This document shows positions 63,821-64,000 of a stretch of DNA of 64,000 bases, piece after piece (the stretch's first letter is position 1; each line of letters begins with the position of its first letter). The notes under the pieces are model-generated. The model saw nothing but the letters and a program-made list of their open reading frames with translations. It made no database searches and was not told the origin of the DNA. Location of the stretch: positions 1 to 64,000 of IMG/VR virus record IMGVR_UViG_3300023171_000010; one strand, given 5' to 3'. A program made the position numbers and the translations under genes. This DNA is from a virus. Taxonomy: Duplodnaviria; Heunggongvirae; Uroviricota; Caudoviricetes.

Positions 63821-64000
63821 TTCAATTCTCCCATCATTATCATTTCCTCAACAAGATCCTGGCAAGCCTCTGCATAATCAAACCTTGCATCTTTCAAAGC
63901 TGATTTAGCATTAATCAGTTCTACACTCCCGTCCAAGCTAGTTTTAGCTTTAGTGTAAGCTTTCTCTGCTTGGCGAAGTGTTTCACGTAGTTGTATGATG
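63817..64000 (-). CDS. partial ORF (3' end; continues beyond window)
   Basis: Open - strand frame from the window edge to TGA at 63819-63817. Confidence 0.3.
   Translation of the reverse strand, partial: IIQLRETLRQAEKAYTKAKTSLDGSVELINAKSALKDARFDYAEACQDLVEEMIMMGELK

Noticed and set aside
1-64000. CRISPR arrays, integrase/attachment site, lysogeny repressor
   Set aside because: No regularly spaced direct repeats with unique spacers were seen, and no tyrosine or serine recombinase motifs were found in any ORF, so the element looks virulent rather than temperate.

Overview
This window looks like a large segment of a tailed dsDNA phage genome, about 40% GC, with a contractile PBSX-like myovirus tail module. 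No integrase or repressor is seen. Layout: (1) a + strand block at 31-6688 with a ribonucleotide-reductase-like gene, many small ORFs and an SPFH lipoprotein; (2) a long - strand late operon at 6810-35783 reading, from the 35783 end, tail fiber - terminase - portal - protease/scaffold - capsid - connectors - sheath - three tube paralogs - chaperone - tape measure - baseplate - tail fiber/tailspike - endolysin/holin/spanins; (3) a - strand RNA-centred island at 36147-41447 with four tRNA genes (Arg, Thr-like, Asn, Ser), a 465-aa vWA/Ro60-like protein preceded by a tRNA-like element, about 1 kb of non-coding DNA containing a tRNA-Gly-like gene and 60-bp-phased repeats, an HExxH metallopeptidase-like gene and a 419-aa unknown protein; (4) a + strand early block at 41711-56241 with PhoH, a ClpP-like protein, dCMP deaminase, a Ser/Thr phosphatase, a PD-(D/E)XK nuclease, a DprA-like domain and a T5orf172 nuclease; (5) a - strand early cluster at 57262-64000 including a GC-rich gene that looks foreign. 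At least six freestanding homing-endonuclease-like genes are scattered through the window. All calls rest on reading the sequence and on motif recall; no database search was run.
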